From the NCBI GenBank assembly GCA_963850955.1, contig CAWKMW010000005.1:18228-82227 (forward strand): a stretch of 64,000 bases of DNA. The letters are read 5' to 3'. Each line of letters begins with the position of its first letter. Positions within the stretch are counted from its first letter, which is position 1. Positions 54,492 to 64,000 of this stretch are shown here, piece by piece. A program made the position numbers and the translations under genes. Source of the DNA: an uncultured Pseudomonadota bacterium. Its GTDB lineage: Bacteria > Pseudomonadota > Gammaproteobacteria > Steroidobacterales > Steroidobacteraceae. Under the pieces are notes generated by a model that searched no databases, was not told the DNA's origin, and saw nothing but the letters and a program-made list of their open reading frames with translations.

Positions 54492-55336
54492 AGATACTGC
54501 TCGGGTGCAATGCGCACCTGTGCCTCAATCATACGGTTGAAGCGGGCAGTGTCACTCACGGGGCACTCGCTCGGGAAGCCTTCCAGGGGCGGGTGGATGG
54601 TGGCCAGGTAACCTTGCGAGCCGGGCAGGCGCTGCAGGAAGTAGGGCAGCACCGCCGCGCCGGTGATGCGCGCCAGTCGCGAGGTGAGCGTGTTGGTGGC
54701 TGCGGGAATGCCAAACAGTGGCACCATTTCCGCGCCTTTCTTGCGGTAGCTCTGGTCGGGCGCATACCAGACACACTCATTCTTCTTCAGCGCCGCGATG
54801 AAGGCGCGGATGTCATCCTTGGGGATGGGGCTCCCGCCGTAGCCGGTGCGGAAGCGGTTGAGGGCGTAGGCCAATACTTCGTTCTTGGTGGGCCGGTACA
54901 GGAACTTCACGGGTGCGACCGCGAGCAGCGTGCGCCCGGCGAGTTCGAGTGAGGTGAAGTGCGCCGTGAGCAGGATGACGCCCTTGCCGCGCGCCATGGC
55001 GGCCTGCAGATGCTGCGTGCCCTCGATGCGCACCAGCTTCGCCAGCTGTTTTGGGGTGATCCACCAGGCGAGCGGCACCTCCATCAGCGCGATGCCGAGG
55101 CTCTTAAAGTGCTCATCCAGGAGCCGCTCGCGCGCGGGTGCGTCGAGTTCCGGGAAACACAGCTCGATGTTGCGGCGTGCGGTCCTGACGAAACTGATGG
55201 GCAGATGGCGCAACAGGCTTCCGAGCGCGCGCCCGATGGCCAACAGCGCCGGATAGGGCAGCATCGCCAGCAGTCGCAGCAGACCGATCCCAGCCCAGGT
55301 CAGCCAATAGCGCGGTGCGAACAGCCGCAGTCGCAT
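54413..55336 (-). CDS. lpxL: Lipid A biosynthesis lauroyl/myristoyl acyltransferase (LpxL/HtrB family)
   Basis: ATG 55336: MRLRLFAPRYWLTWAGIGLLRLL..., RNIELCFPEL, GVILLTAHFTSLE and EQYLWIHRRFK. ORF-track start at 55579. Confidence 0.85.
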   Translation of the reverse strand: MRLRLFAPRYWLTWAGIGLLRLLAMLPYPALLAIGRALGSLLRHLPISFVRTARRNIELCFPELDAPARERLLDEHFKSLGIALMEVPLAWWITPKQLAKLVRIEGTQHLQAAMARGKGVILLTAHFTSLELAGRTLLAVAPVKFLYRPTKNEVLAYALNRFRTGYGGSPIPKDDIRAFIAALKKNECVWYAPDQSYRKKGAEMVPLFGIPAATNTLTSRLARITGAAVLPYFLQRLPGSQGYLATIHPPLEGFPSECPVSDTARFNRMIEAQVRIAPEQYLWIHRRFKGLTEDYPDYYGRRTARRA

Positions 55337-55401
55337 CCAGGCTCCATAGCACTTGCGTGGCGCGAGAGAATACCCGATTCCTCCGTAGCATCTGTGATCC
55401 A

Positions 55402-56565
55402 ATGCGGCGAATGCCTCGTTCCGCGCTGAAAGTCCTCGCCGTCCTTGTCCTGGGCGTTGTGGTCGCCGCCGTGTTCGCGCCGCCGCTCTGGCAGCGGTAC
55501 CTGGAGGCGCTCGCACGTCGCAGCGCGCCGCTGTATCAGCCGCGCGAGCGGGTGCGCGGGGGCGATGAACCGCCGGCACCGCGGGTGGCAGCGGACACCG
55601 AGCTGCTCGATGCCCGCGCGCTCGAGCAAGCCGCCCGCTATGCCGGGGAGCACGGCTCGCGGGCGCTGATCGTGGCGCGCCACGATCACATTGTTTTTGA
55701 GCGCTATTGGCAGGGGACGAACTTCGAGACCCTGAGCGATGCGCAGTCCTTCACGGCGCTACTCGCGGCGCTCGCCACCGGGGTGGCCGTCGCGCACCGG
55801 CGCATCGGCTGGCCTGATGAGCCGCTCGGGCTGCTGCTTTCGGAGTGGAGTGCGGACGCGCGCGGGGCGATCAGCGTGCGCAATCTCATGCAGATGTCGA
55901 GTGGGCTCGCCCCGCAGGCGAGCCTCGATGGGCCGGATCTCACTGCCGCGATTCTCAGCCGGCCGCTGCTCGCCACTCCGGGTGCCACGCGGGTCGAGCA
56001 ACCCTCCGATCCGCAGCTGCTGGCGCTCGCGCTCGAGCGCGCCACGCGGGAGCGTTACGCGGACTACCTCTCGAGCGTGCTATGGCGCCGGCTCGGCGCG
56101 GCGGATGCGTGGCTCTGGCTCGATCACCCCGGCGGCCTGGCGCATGCGGATTGCTGCATGTTTGCCCATCAGGGGGACTGGATCCGTGTCGGGCAGCTGC
56201 TGCTGCGCGACGGTAACTACCGCGGCACCGAGATCATCCGCGGGGGCTGGGTGAGCGTGATGCGCACACCGGCCAAGAGCGACCCGGACTTCGGCAGCTT
56301 CCTGCGCGTCGGGCTGACACCGCCGCCGGGTCAGGAAGGCTTCGCGGCCCGCGACGTTTACATGATCGGCAGCCGCGGCGGCAACCGCCTCTGGATCATC
56401 CCGGCGCTGCAGATCGCCGTACTGTGCACCGGGGACGTGGGCGGCCGCGACGCGGCGTGGGACGAGGCGCGGATTCCGAACCTCATCATGCGTGGCGCGC
56501 GGGATTACCGGGGGACCGCGCCACCGCCGGGGACGGGTCTGTCCTCCGTCGTTCCCGGCCACTAG
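55402..56565 (+). CDS. Beta-lactamase/serine-hydrolase-fold protein with degenerate catalytic motifs
   Basis: Signal/TM N-terminus. ALIVARHDHIVFERYWQG, and SDAQSFTALLAA where family members have S-x-x-K-SFTA (Gln in place of Lys). Confidence 0.65.
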   Translation: MRRMPRSALKVLAVLVLGVVVAAVFAPPLWQRYLEALARRSAPLYQPRERVRGGDEPPAPRVAADTELLDARALEQAARYAGEHGSRALIVARHDHIVFERYWQGTNFETLSDAQSFTALLAALATGVAVAHRRIGWPDEPLGLLLSEWSADARGAISVRNLMQMSSGLAPQASLDGPDLTAAILSRPLLATPGATRVEQPSDPQLLALALERATRERYADYLSSVLWRRLGAADAWLWLDHPGGLAHADCCMFAHQGDWIRVGQLLLRDGNYRGTEIIRGGWVSVMRTPAKSDPDFGSFLRVGLTPPPGQEGFAARDVYMIGSRGGNRLWIIPALQIAVLCTGDVGGRDAAWDEARIPNLIMRGARDYRGTAPPPGTGLSSVVPGH

Positions 56566-56589
56566 GCCGAATCGAAACGGAGCCGCGCG

Positions 56590-57765
56590 TTGCGCCGACA
56601 GCTCGGAGCGTTGTTCCTCTTCTGTGTCATCGACACACTCGGTTTCGGCATCCTCATCCCGCTCGTTCCCTACATGGCTGACCGCTTCGGCATCGCGCCG
56701 CAGTTCATCACGCCCGTGCTCGGCAGCTATTCCTTGTGTCAGTTCCTCGCGGCGCCGCACTGGGGGCGCTTGAGCGATCGCTATGGACGGCGCCCGATCC
56801 TCATGAGCAGCCTCGCGGGCGCCTGCCTCTCGTACGTGATGCTCGGGTTGGCGAGCAACGTGTGGTGGTTGCTCGCCTCGCGCATGCTCGCCGGCATCAT
56901 GGCCGGTAACATCGCGGCGGCCTTCGCCTACGCTTCCGATATTTCTCGTCCCGAGAAGCGCGCCGTGACCTTGGGCCTGATCGGAGCGGCGATCGGCATC
57001 GGTTTTACGCTCGGACAACCCGTGGGCGGTCTGCTCGCCGGCAAGGATGCGGCGAGCGCGAATTTCGTCGCTCCCGCGGCCGTGTCCGCCGCACTGAGCC
57101 TGCTCGCGATCTTGCTGGTGCGCTTTGTGCTGCCCGAAAGCCACAGCGTTGCGTACCGCGAACGGCACCCCGATCAAGCGCGCCGTGGGGCCTGGCGGCT
57201 GCTGCGTCAGCGCCCGACGCTCGCATATCTGGCCGCAGCCACGCTCGCGGTCACGTACTCGCAGGCCATTCTCGAATCGATCTTCGCCATCTGGGCGCTG
57301 CATCGCTACGGGTACGGGCCGCGCACGGTGGGATTTCTTTTGTTCGGCGTGGCGCTGCCGGCCCTCGTGATGCAAGGGGGCCTGGTGCGCATCCTGGTGC
57401 CGCGCTTGGGCGAGGCACGGCTGGCGATGTGGGGGGTGCTGGCGTACGTGGCCGGGCTCGTCACCTTAAGTCAGGCCGGTACACTCGGTGTCACCATCGC
57501 CGGACTGCTCTTGTGCGGCACGGGTCTGGGAGCCTACAACCCAAGCGCCTCCGCGCTCGCCTCCAAGCAGTCGCGCGATCACGACCGCGGCGCAGTTCTC
57601 GGGGCGTATGTGGCGAGCGGAAGTCTGGCGCGCGTCATCGGCCCCTTTACCTCCGGCCCCGTCTACGCGCTTCTGGGCAGCGCGGCCCCGTTCCTGCTCG
57701 GGGCCTGTGTGACGCTACCCGCCGCCTGGCTCGTGCGGCGCGCGGGGCGTCCGACGGGGAGCTAA
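56590..57765 (+). CDS. MFS transporter, TetA/TCR-like 12-TM family
   Basis: FLFCVIDTLGFGILIPLVPYM and motif A GRLSDRYGRRPIL; TTG start. Confidence 0.82.
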   Translation: MRRQLGALFLFCVIDTLGFGILIPLVPYMADRFGIAPQFITPVLGSYSLCQFLAAPHWGRLSDRYGRRPILMSSLAGACLSYVMLGLASNVWWLLASRMLAGIMAGNIAAAFAYASDISRPEKRAVTLGLIGAAIGIGFTLGQPVGGLLAGKDAASANFVAPAAVSAALSLLAILLVRFVLPESHSVAYRERHPDQARRGAWRLLRQRPTLAYLAAATLAVTYSQAILESIFAIWALHRYGYGPRTVGFLLFGVALPALVMQGGLVRILVPRLGEARLAMWGVLAYVAGLVTLSQAGTLGVTIAGLLLCGTGLGAYNPSASALASKQSRDHDRGAVLGAYVASGSLARVIGPFTSGPVYALLGSAAPFLLGACVTLPAAWLVRRAGRPTGS

Positions 57766-58076
57766 GTCGGCAGCGCCACTTCGATGGTACCCTCGACGAT
57801 GCGCACCGCGTAGGTCGGCAGCGGCACCTCCGCCGGCGGTCCGAGCACGCGACCGTCGCGGATATCGAAAGAGGCGCCGTGCAGCGGGCATACGAGGCGC
57901 GTCGCGCGCAGCCGCCCTTCGCACAGGCGTGCGTGCGCGTGCGTGCAGATGTTGTCCAGCGCAAATACCCCCTCGCGTGTGTGGCAGACCACGAGCTCGC
58001 GGCCGCCGAGCACACAGGTGCGCATGCCGCCGAGCGCCACGTCGGCGAGTCTCAGGACTCCCTGGAACTCACCCAT
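57762..58076 (-). CDS. Rieske-type [2Fe-2S] ferredoxin component
   Basis: CTHAHARL...CPLHGASFD; 104 aa. Confidence 0.85.
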   Translation of the reverse strand: MGEFQGVLRLADVALGGMRTCVLGGRELVVCHTREGVFALDNICTHAHARLCEGRLRATRLVCPLHGASFDIRDGRVLGPPAEVPLPTYAVRIVEGTIEVALPT

Positions 58077-58082
58077 CGCGTG

Positions 58083-58985
58083 CTACAGCTCGATCTCGGT
58101 CTCGAAGATCGACACGGCCTGGCCGCTGATCCACACCCCGGCGAGCTCATCGCCGGCGAACTCCAGTTCCACCTCCACGCGACCCGGTCGGTGTAGAGGT
58201 TGTCCCTGGATGCCGCAGAAACGCGCCCGCTCGCTGCTCTTGCTGAGGAAGCCGAGCTGCGCAAGGTAGGCACCGAGCAGCCCGTGGGCGTTGCCGCTCA
58301 CCGGATCCTCGGCGATGCCAAGCGCCGGGCAGAACATGCGCGACTCGGTGAGGTGATCTGCTGCACCGGGCGTGAGCGTGAAGACGAAATAACCGGCCGC
58401 GCCGATCTGCGCGGATAGCGTGGTGAGGCGCTGCAGGTCTGGCTTGAGGTGCTTGAGCGGCTCGGGCCCGCGCACCCCGATCAGCAGTCGCGTGCCCGTA
58501 GCGCCCACGATGCGCAGCGGCATGCGCGGATCGAGGTTATCCGAGGCGAGGGCGAGCGCATCAAGTACCGCCAGGCGCTCGCGGTCATTCAGCTCGCGCC
58601 CCAGTGGCGGGGGGCTGCGGCGGATCGCGATGCGCCGGTCAGGGCCGCTGCCGCGCACTTCGATGTCGACGATGCCGGCCTTGGATTTCTGCCGTTGCCA
58701 GCGCGGTGCATCCTGTCGGCGCGACAGCACGTACTGCGCCGCGACAGTGGCGTGCCCGACAAAACCGGCCTCGCTGCGGGGCGTGAAGAAGCGTGCGCGC
58801 ACCGTGTGATCGTCGCCATCGGGGGAGAGGATGAAGGCGGTCTCGGCGTTGTTGAGCTCGCGGGCGATGGCGAGCATCTGTGCCTCGGCGAGCACGTCCG
58901 CGTTGAGCACGACGCCGGTCGGGTTGCCGGTGAACGGTTCGCGCGTAAACGCGTCCACCTGGTGAACTTGGATTTTCCGCGTCAT
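58083..58985 (-). CDS. PhzF-family isomerase
   Basis: IQVHQVDAFTREPFTGNPTGVVL, ETAFI and DPVSGNAHG; 300 aa. Confidence 0.88.
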   Translation of the reverse strand: MTRKIQVHQVDAFTREPFTGNPTGVVLNADVLAEAQMLAIARELNNAETAFILSPDGDDHTVRARFFTPRSEAGFVGHATVAAQYVLSRRQDAPRWQRQKSKAGIVDIEVRGSGPDRRIAIRRSPPPLGRELNDRERLAVLDALALASDNLDPRMPLRIVGATGTRLLIGVRGPEPLKHLKPDLQRLTTLSAQIGAAGYFVFTLTPGAADHLTESRMFCPALGIAEDPVSGNAHGLLGAYLAQLGFLSKSSERARFCGIQGQPLHRPGRVEVELEFAGDELAGVWISGQAVSIFETEIEL

Positions 58986-59099
58986 CGTTCCTTATCCACC
59001 CTGGCGCCCGTGCTGTCCATTCTAGTGCGATCATAGCCGCAGTGACCCCACGCGGGCGTGCAATACTGCGCGCCGACGCTCCCGCCAGAGGCGAGCCAC

Positions 59100-59360
59100 A
59101 TGGATATCGGAGTCGAGATCAGTCTGTACCCGCTCAGAGCGGACTTCGCCCCCGCGATCCGCGAGTTCCTGAGGCGGCTCGGGCACGCGGACGGTCTGCG
59201 CATCGTCACAAACAGCATGAGCACCCAGGTTTTTGGCTCGTATGATGCGGTTATGGCAGTGCTGACGCGCGAGCTGCGCGTCACCTTCGAGACCCTCAAC
59301 ATCGAATCTGACAAGGCCGTGTTCGTGATGAAGGTGCTCGGACCGCTGCCCGGCGCCTGA
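59100..59360 (+). CDS. YkoF-like small ligand-binding (ACT-like) protein
   Basis: MDIGVEISLYPLRADFAPAIREFL... resembles the YkoF/thiamine-binding family pattern from memory. ATG at 59100. Confidence 0.5.
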   Translation: MDIGVEISLYPLRADFAPAIREFLRRLGHADGLRIVTNSMSTQVFGSYDAVMAVLTRELRVTFETLNIESDKAVFVMKVLGPLPGA

Positions 59361-59468
59361 TACCGCAAGGCCGGTGATGGGCTGGCGGGTCGCATAGCGA
59401 ACCGGCAAACTATCAGATCCGGGGCGCGTTCGCCTCAAGCAAATCTAGTGATTGATCGGGGTGGTGGC

Positions 59469-59783
59469 ATGACGCTTTTGCGGGTCGTGGATCGCGACGG
59501 AGTTGAACATGAAGTGGACGCCAAACCCGGATTGAAGGTGATGGAGAACCTGCGCGAGCTCGACTACGGTGTGGCCGCGATCTGCGGGGGCATGTGCTCT
59601 TGCGCTACCTGTCATGTGTATGTCGATCCGCAGTGGAGCGCGCGGCTGCCGGCTGTTATGTCGGATGAGCGCGAGTTGCTGTCCGAGCTGTCGCACTATC
59701 AGGAAAACTCGCGCCTTTCCTGCCAGATCGAATTCACCCCAGACCTCGCCGGACTGCGCGTCAGCATCGCGCCTGACGAGTAG
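59469..59783 (+). CDS. Adrenodoxin/putidaredoxin-type [2Fe-2S] ferredoxin
   Basis: CGGMCSCATCHV ... SRLSCQI. Confidence 0.88.
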   Translation: MTLLRVVDRDGVEHEVDAKPGLKVMENLRELDYGVAAICGGMCSCATCHVYVDPQWSARLPAVMSDERELLSELSHYQENSRLSCQIEFTPDLAGLRVSIAPDE

Positions 59784-59792
59784 CGTGCCGCC

Positions 59793-60587
59793 GTGTCCGC
59801 CCCGAGTGTCCAGCTTGAAACGCGCGGCGCGGTAGCGCTGGTTACACTCAACCGTCCCGAGAGCGCCAACACGCTCAATCTGCAGATGGCGATGGACCTG
59901 CTCGCCGCGGCGCTCGCCTGCGCACGCAACGCCGCCGTACGTGCCGTAGTGCTCACCGGTGCCGGGCGCAACTTCTGCTTCGGCGGTGACCTGCGGGCCA
60001 TGGCCTCGCGCGAGACCGCCGGCGATGACTACATCCGCGAACTCACCACCTACCTGCACGCCGCGATCGCGCATTTCGCGCGCATGGACGCCCCGGTGAT
60101 TGCCGCGGTGAACGGCACGGCGGCAGGGGCGGGGGTTGGGCTGGTGGCGATGGCCGATCTGGCGCTGTGCGCGCGCAGCTCGAAGTTCAATCTCGCTTAC
60201 ACCAACGCCGGGCTCACCCCTGATGCCGGCACATCCTTTCTTCTGCCACGCACCATCGGTGCCAAGCGCACCATGGAGCTTCTGATCCTGAATCGCACCC
60301 TCCTTGCACAGCAAGCGCTCGACTGGGGCCTGGTGAACGAAGTGGTTGCGGATGAGGAGCTGCTGGGGCGTGCGCTGCAGCTTGCCGAGCAGCTCGCCGA
60401 CGGCGCGAGCCGCGCCTTCGGGGCGACTAAGCGCCTCGTAGCCGCCTCCCTCGGGGCCTTCGAATCGCAAATGATTCTCGAAAGCGAAACCATCGCCGCC
60501 CACGCGGTGAGCGCGGAAGGCACCGAAGGCATCAGCGCGTTTCTTGAGAAGCGTAAACCGCAGTTTCCAGGCCGGGGCCCGCGTTGA
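59793..60587 (+). CDS. Enoyl-CoA hydratase/isomerase (crotonase) family protein
   Basis: VALVTLNRPESANTL, VLTGAGRNFCFGGDL, PVIAAVNGTAAGAGVGL and EGISAFLEKRKPQF. Confidence 0.9.
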   Translation: MSAPSVQLETRGAVALVTLNRPESANTLNLQMAMDLLAAALACARNAAVRAVVLTGAGRNFCFGGDLRAMASRETAGDDYIRELTTYLHAAIAHFARMDAPVIAAVNGTAAGAGVGLVAMADLALCARSSKFNLAYTNAGLTPDAGTSFLLPRTIGAKRTMELLILNRTLLAQQALDWGLVNEVVADEELLGRALQLAEQLADGASRAFGATKRLVAASLGAFESQMILESETIAAHAVSAEGTEGISAFLEKRKPQFPGRGPR

Positions 60588-60603
60588 GGCCGGCGGGAAA
60601 GCC

Positions 60604-60996
60604 GTGAACAGGTGGTTCTTTGTTCCGCTGCTCGTCGCCCTCGGGCTCATCGTGGTGCGCGTTTACTTCAAGCTGCGCACGGTGCGCCGTTCGCGCGCCG
60701 AGACCTGGGACGAGCAGATGATTGCGCAGTTGCGTTCCCAGGGCTATGCGCCCTTTAACGACTACCGCGTGGACTTCTTCCTGGCGCTGCCGGATGAGGC
60801 TGCCTGCCAGAGTGCGCGTTCCCGTCTCGAGCCTGAATTTGCCGTCGACACGAAGCCCATGCAGGAAGACAGCGGCTTTAGCTTGCACGCCACCAAGAGC
60901 ATGCGTCTCATCGTGCCGCAGGTGCAGGAGATCAGCCGCCGCCTGACCGCACTGGCCGAGGAGCTCGGCGGCCGCTACGACGGCTGGGCAGCCTGA
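60604..60996 (+). CDS. Membrane-anchored RraB-like (RNase E inhibitor family) domain protein
   Basis: GTG 60604 gives the TM segment WFFVPLLVALGLIVV, then VDFFLALPDEAA...AEELGGRYDGW, as in the RraB family. Confidence 0.6.
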   Translation: MNRWFFVPLLVALGLIVVRVYFKLRTVRRSRAETWDEQMIAQLRSQGYAPFNDYRVDFFLALPDEAACQSARSRLEPEFAVDTKPMQEDSGFSLHATKSMRLIVPQVQEISRRLTALAEELGGRYDGWAA

Positions 60997-61000
60997 GGCT

Positions 61001-61771
61001 TCAGGGCTTTTCGGTCTGGCGCCGCACCGCTTCGGCGGCGGCGCTCACGGCGGCGGCATCACCCAGGTAGCGACTGCCGAGCGGCCGCAGGCGCGCGTCC
61101 AGTTCGTACAGCAGCGGCACGCCAGTCGGGATGTTCAGTTCGGTGATCTGATCATCGCTCACCTGATCGAGCATCTTCACCATGGCGCGCAGGCTGTTGC
61201 CGTGTGCCACCACCATGACGGTGCGCCCGCGGCGCAGCTCCGGGGCGATGCGTGCGTGCCAGAAGGGCAGCACGCGCGCGAGCGTGTCCTTGAGCGATTC
61301 GGTCGCCGGCAGATCCTGCGCCGCTACCGCGGCATAGCGGCTATCGAAGCGCGGGTGGCGCGGATCATCGGGTGCGAGCGGCGGTGGGGGGATGTCGTAG
61401 CTGCGCCGCCAGATCTTCACCTGCGCCTCGCCGTGCTGCGCGACGGTTTGCGCCTTGTTCAGCCCTTGGAGCGCCCCGTAATGCCGCTCGTTCAGGCGCC
61501 AGGAACGCTCCACCGGCATCCACATGCGCTGCATCTCATCGAGCATGATCCACAGCGTGCGGATGGCGCGCTTCAACACCGAGGTGAATGCCAGATCGAT
61601 CGCGAGGCGCTCGCGCAGCAGCTCGCGCCCCGCCTGTGCCGCCTCCGCGCGCCCGAGTTCTGATAGCTCGACGTCGGTCCAGCCGGTAAAGAGATTCTCC
61701 ACGTTCCAGATACTCTGGCCGTGGCGCACCAGAATCAGCCGGCCGGGCGGCGGGGTGTGCGGGTCGGGCAT
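61001..61771 (-). CDS. gpmA: 2,3-bisphosphoglycerate-dependent phosphoglycerate mutase
   Basis: [44 protein letters not shown] and VAHGNSLRA. Confidence 0.93.
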   Translation of the reverse strand: MPDPHTPPPGRLILVRHGQSIWNVENLFTGWTDVELSELGRAEAAQAGRELLRERLAIDLAFTSVLKRAIRTLWIMLDEMQRMWMPVERSWRLNERHYGALQGLNKAQTVAQHGEAQVKIWRRSYDIPPPPLAPDDPRHPRFDSRYAAVAAQDLPATESLKDTLARVLPFWHARIAPELRRGRTVMVVAHGNSLRAMVKMLDQVSDDQITELNIPTGVPLLYELDARLRPLGSRYLGDAAAVSAAAEAVRRQTEKP

Positions 61772-61782
61772 GTGCGGGGCGT

Positions 61783-64000
61783 TCAATTGGCGAGTTTGCG
61801 GACCGACTCGACGCCCACGGTGAGCGTGGCAAAATCACCGGCGCCGGCGGCGCGCATGTCCGCAAGCGTACGCTGCCAGTGCACCAGGTCCTTGCCCGCT
61901 GCCTCGACCCAGGCGTTCACCCGTGCTTCGGCGCTGCCGCGGCTCTTGCGCGCCAGCACGCGCTCGGTGAGGCGTCGCTGTACGCGCAGCGCGGCGTCAC
62001 GCAGGCCGCTGCGAGCGATCGCCTGCCACTGACCGTCGACCTTGAGTTTCTCGATGCGCGTGCGCAGCCAGTCAAAGCCGATGCGCGTGCCGACCTCGAA
62101 GTAGACGCGCGCGGTTTCGATGACGCTCACGCGGTGCGCGACCGCGATCTCGGAGATGTCGAGCGCGGCATTCAGTGCCTCAAGGCTTGCGATGCGTACC
62201 GCGAGCGCAGGCGGCAGGCCGCCGTCGGCGAAGCGCTTGCGGCTTTCTTCGAACCGCAACAGTTCCGCCCCGGTGAGCACCTGATGAATCTCGGCTTCCA
62301 GGCGCCGCACGTCGGCGCGGAACTCCGCGACCACCGCATCGACCTGCAGCCGCATGCGTGCCGCCAGCAGCCAGTAGGTCGCGTGGCGCAGCAGACGGCT
62401 CGTCTGGAACACGGCCTCGTACTGCAGGGTCGCGGGTACCTTGTTATCCAGCGCTTCGATGCGTGCCCACACCTCGCGCATGGCGAAGATCTCACGCGCG
62501 CCCGTGTAAGCGCGCGCGATCGCGGCGGGCTCCGCCCCGGTGTCCTCCTGGGCGCGGGTGACGAAGGTCGGTCCCATGCGGTTGACGAGACTGTTGGTCG
62601 TGGCGGTCGCGATGATCTCGCGGCGCAGGCGGTGATGACCGATGGCACGCGGGAAGCGCTGCTGGATGGGGGCCGGGAAGTAGCGTGTCAGCTCCGCCGA
62701 CAGGTAGGGGTCTTCGGGCACGTCGGAGGCGAGCAGGTGTGCGTTGAGCCAGATCTTGCTGTACGCAAGCAGGATCGCCAGCTCCGGCCGCGTAAGTCCG
62801 CTGCCGCTCTTGCGGCGCTCGGTGAGCTCCTCGTCCGTCGGTAGAAATTCCAGCGCGCGGTTCAGCTCACCGGAGCGTTCCAGCAGGCGAATCAAGTGCT
62901 GAAACTCTGGCAGACGCACCGTGGACTGCAGCTCCAGGGTGCTGATCGCCTGGCTTTGCAGATAATTGTTGCGCAGTACCAGGGCGGCGACCTCGTTGGT
63001 CATGCGCACCAGCAGGCGATTGCGCTCCCCGCGGTTGAGCTTGCCCTCGTGCACGAGCGGATTGAGCAGGATCTTGATGTTGACTTCCACGTCGGAAGTG
63101 TTGACGCCGGCGGAGTTGTCGATGAAGTCAGTATTGAGCCGCCCGTGTGCGAGTGCGTACTCCACGCGGCCGCGCTGGGTGAGACCGAGATTGCCGCCTT
63201 CGCCGACCACCTTGGCGCGCAACTCCTTACCGTCCACTCGCACGCCATCGTTGGTGCGGTCGCCGACTTCGGCATTACGTTCGTCGCTCGCCTTCACGTA
63301 CGTGCCGATGCCGCCGTTCCACAGCAAATCGACCGGCATGCGCAGGACGGCGCGAATGACCTCATTCGGCGCGGCGGTCGAGCTTTCGATACCGAGCATC
63401 GAACGCACTTCCGCGGGCAAGGCGATCGATTTGACGCTGCGCTCGAAGATGCCGCCGCCGCGCGAGAGTTTCTTGCGGTCGTAGTCATCCCAGCTCGAGC
63501 GCGGCAGGGCGAAGAGTCGCGCCCGCTCGGCGAAGCTGATGACCGAGTGCGGGTCCGGGTCGAGGAAGATATGCCGATGATCGAAGGCGGCCTGCAGCTT
63601 GATATGCCGTGACAGCAGCATCCCGTTGCCGAACACGTCCCCGGACATATCGCCAATGCCGGCTACCGTAAAGTGCATGCGCTGCGTATCGATGCCCATC
63701 TCGCGGAAGTGGCGTTTGACGCACTCCCAGGCACCGCGCGCCGTGATGCCCATCTTCTTGTGGTCATAGCCGGCGGAGCCACCCGAGGCAAAGGCATCGC
63801 CAAGCCAGAAGTGGTATTCGGCCGCGATGGCATTGGCGAGGTCGGAAAACGTCGCCGTGCCTTTGTCGGCCGCGACCACCAGGTACGGATCATCGCCGTC
63901 GCTGCGCACCACCTGCGGCGGCGGCACGATGCGCCCGGAGACGATGTTGTCGGTCAGGTCAAGGAGTGCGCGGATGAAGGTCTGGTAGCAGGCGATGACC
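61783..64000 (-). CDS. gdhB: Large NAD-specific glutamate dehydrogenase, C-terminal ~740 codons (the gene continues beyond the window end)
   Basis: [47 protein letters not shown] and [10 protein letters not shown], plus the long helical C-terminal domain typical of the ~1600-aa Bac_GDH family. The frame is open to position 64000. Confidence 0.88.
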   Translation of the reverse strand, partial: VIACYQTFIRALLDLTDNIVSGRIVPPPQVVRSDGDDPYLVVAADKGTATFSDLANAIAAEYHFWLGDAFASGGSAGYDHKKMGITARGAWECVKRHFREMGIDTQRMHFTVAGIGDMSGDVFGNGMLLSRHIKLQAAFDHRHIFLDPDPHSVISFAERARLFALPRSSWDDYDRKKLSRGGGIFERSVKSIALPAEVRSMLGIESSTAAPNEVIRAVLRMPVDLLWNGGIGTYVKASDERNAEVGDRTNDGVRVDGKELRAKVVGEGGNLGLTQRGRVEYALAHGRLNTDFIDNSAGVNTSDVEVNIKILLNPLVHEGKLNRGERNRLLVRMTNEVAALVLRNNYLQSQAISTLELQSTVRLPEFQHLIRLLERSGELNRALEFLPTDEELTERRKSGSGLTRPELAILLAYSKIWLNAHLLASDVPEDPYLSAELTRYFPAPIQQRFPRAIGHHRLRREIIATATTNSLVNRMGPTFVTRAQEDTGAEPAAIARAYTGAREIFAMREVWARIEALDNKVPATLQYEAVFQTSRLLRHATYWLLAARMRLQVDAVVAEFRADVRRLEAEIHQVLTGAELLRFEESRKRFADGGLPPALAVRIASLEALNAALDISEIAVAHRVSVIETARVYFEVGTRIGFDWLRTRIEKLKVDGQWQAIARSGLRDAALRVQRRLTERVLARKSRGSAEARVNAWVEAAGKDLVHWQRTLADMRAAGAGDFATLTVGVESVRKLAN

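Noticed and set aside
1-64000. I scanned for CRISPR arrays, IS elements or transposases, integrases, phage genes, toxin-antitoxin pairs and known defence-system signatures.
   Set aside because: None recognised. There are no regularly spaced short repeats, no DDE/tyrosine/serine recombinase motifs, and no small adjacent gene pairs with TA-like features. The only repeat structures found are those reported above.

Overview
This is a very GC-rich, gene-dense bacterial chromosomal segment (hand estimate about 68-72% GC; gene content looks proteobacterial, but that is inference only). About 60 genes can be supported. Most are housekeeping or core-accessory: an AcrAB-like RND pump transcribed divergently from a MarR/NodT-OMP/EmrA/EmrB operon, folE, typA, glgB, a GGDEF-EAL protein, gabT, tesB, htpX, proBA, a compact molybdenum-cofactor operon (moeA-moaA-moaC-mobA::moaD-moaE), tag, glpD, lpxL, gpmA and the 3' part of a large NAD-glutamate dehydrogenase. 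I saw no CRISPR array, rRNA, transposase, integrase, phage gene or recognisable defence or toxin-antitoxin module. The only clearly accessory stretch is about 43.5-49.0 kb, beside the single tRNA gene (tRNA-Arg, anticodon TCG). There, a roughly 4.1 kb cassette of visibly lower GC carries a membrane-anchored SGNH hydrolase, an orphan DUF5989-like mini-protein and an 815-aa TPR/SAM-methyltransferase. It is bracketed by an imperfect direct repeat of about 100 bp that duplicates the promoter and first codons of the downstream SDR gene. This is my best candidate for something unusual, though it is not a demonstrably new system. Smaller oddities include a deletion relic of an NDH-2-type oxidoreductase whose stop overlaps an ABC exporter start, a MobA-MoaD fusion, phased 15-bp repeats in the efflux control region, a 79-nt lpxL/glpD overlap and an orphan IorA-type 2Fe-2S subunit. 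All calls come from reading the translations and the DNA by eye. No searches were run, family names are from memory, and start codons are often uncertain because the high GC inflates ORFs.
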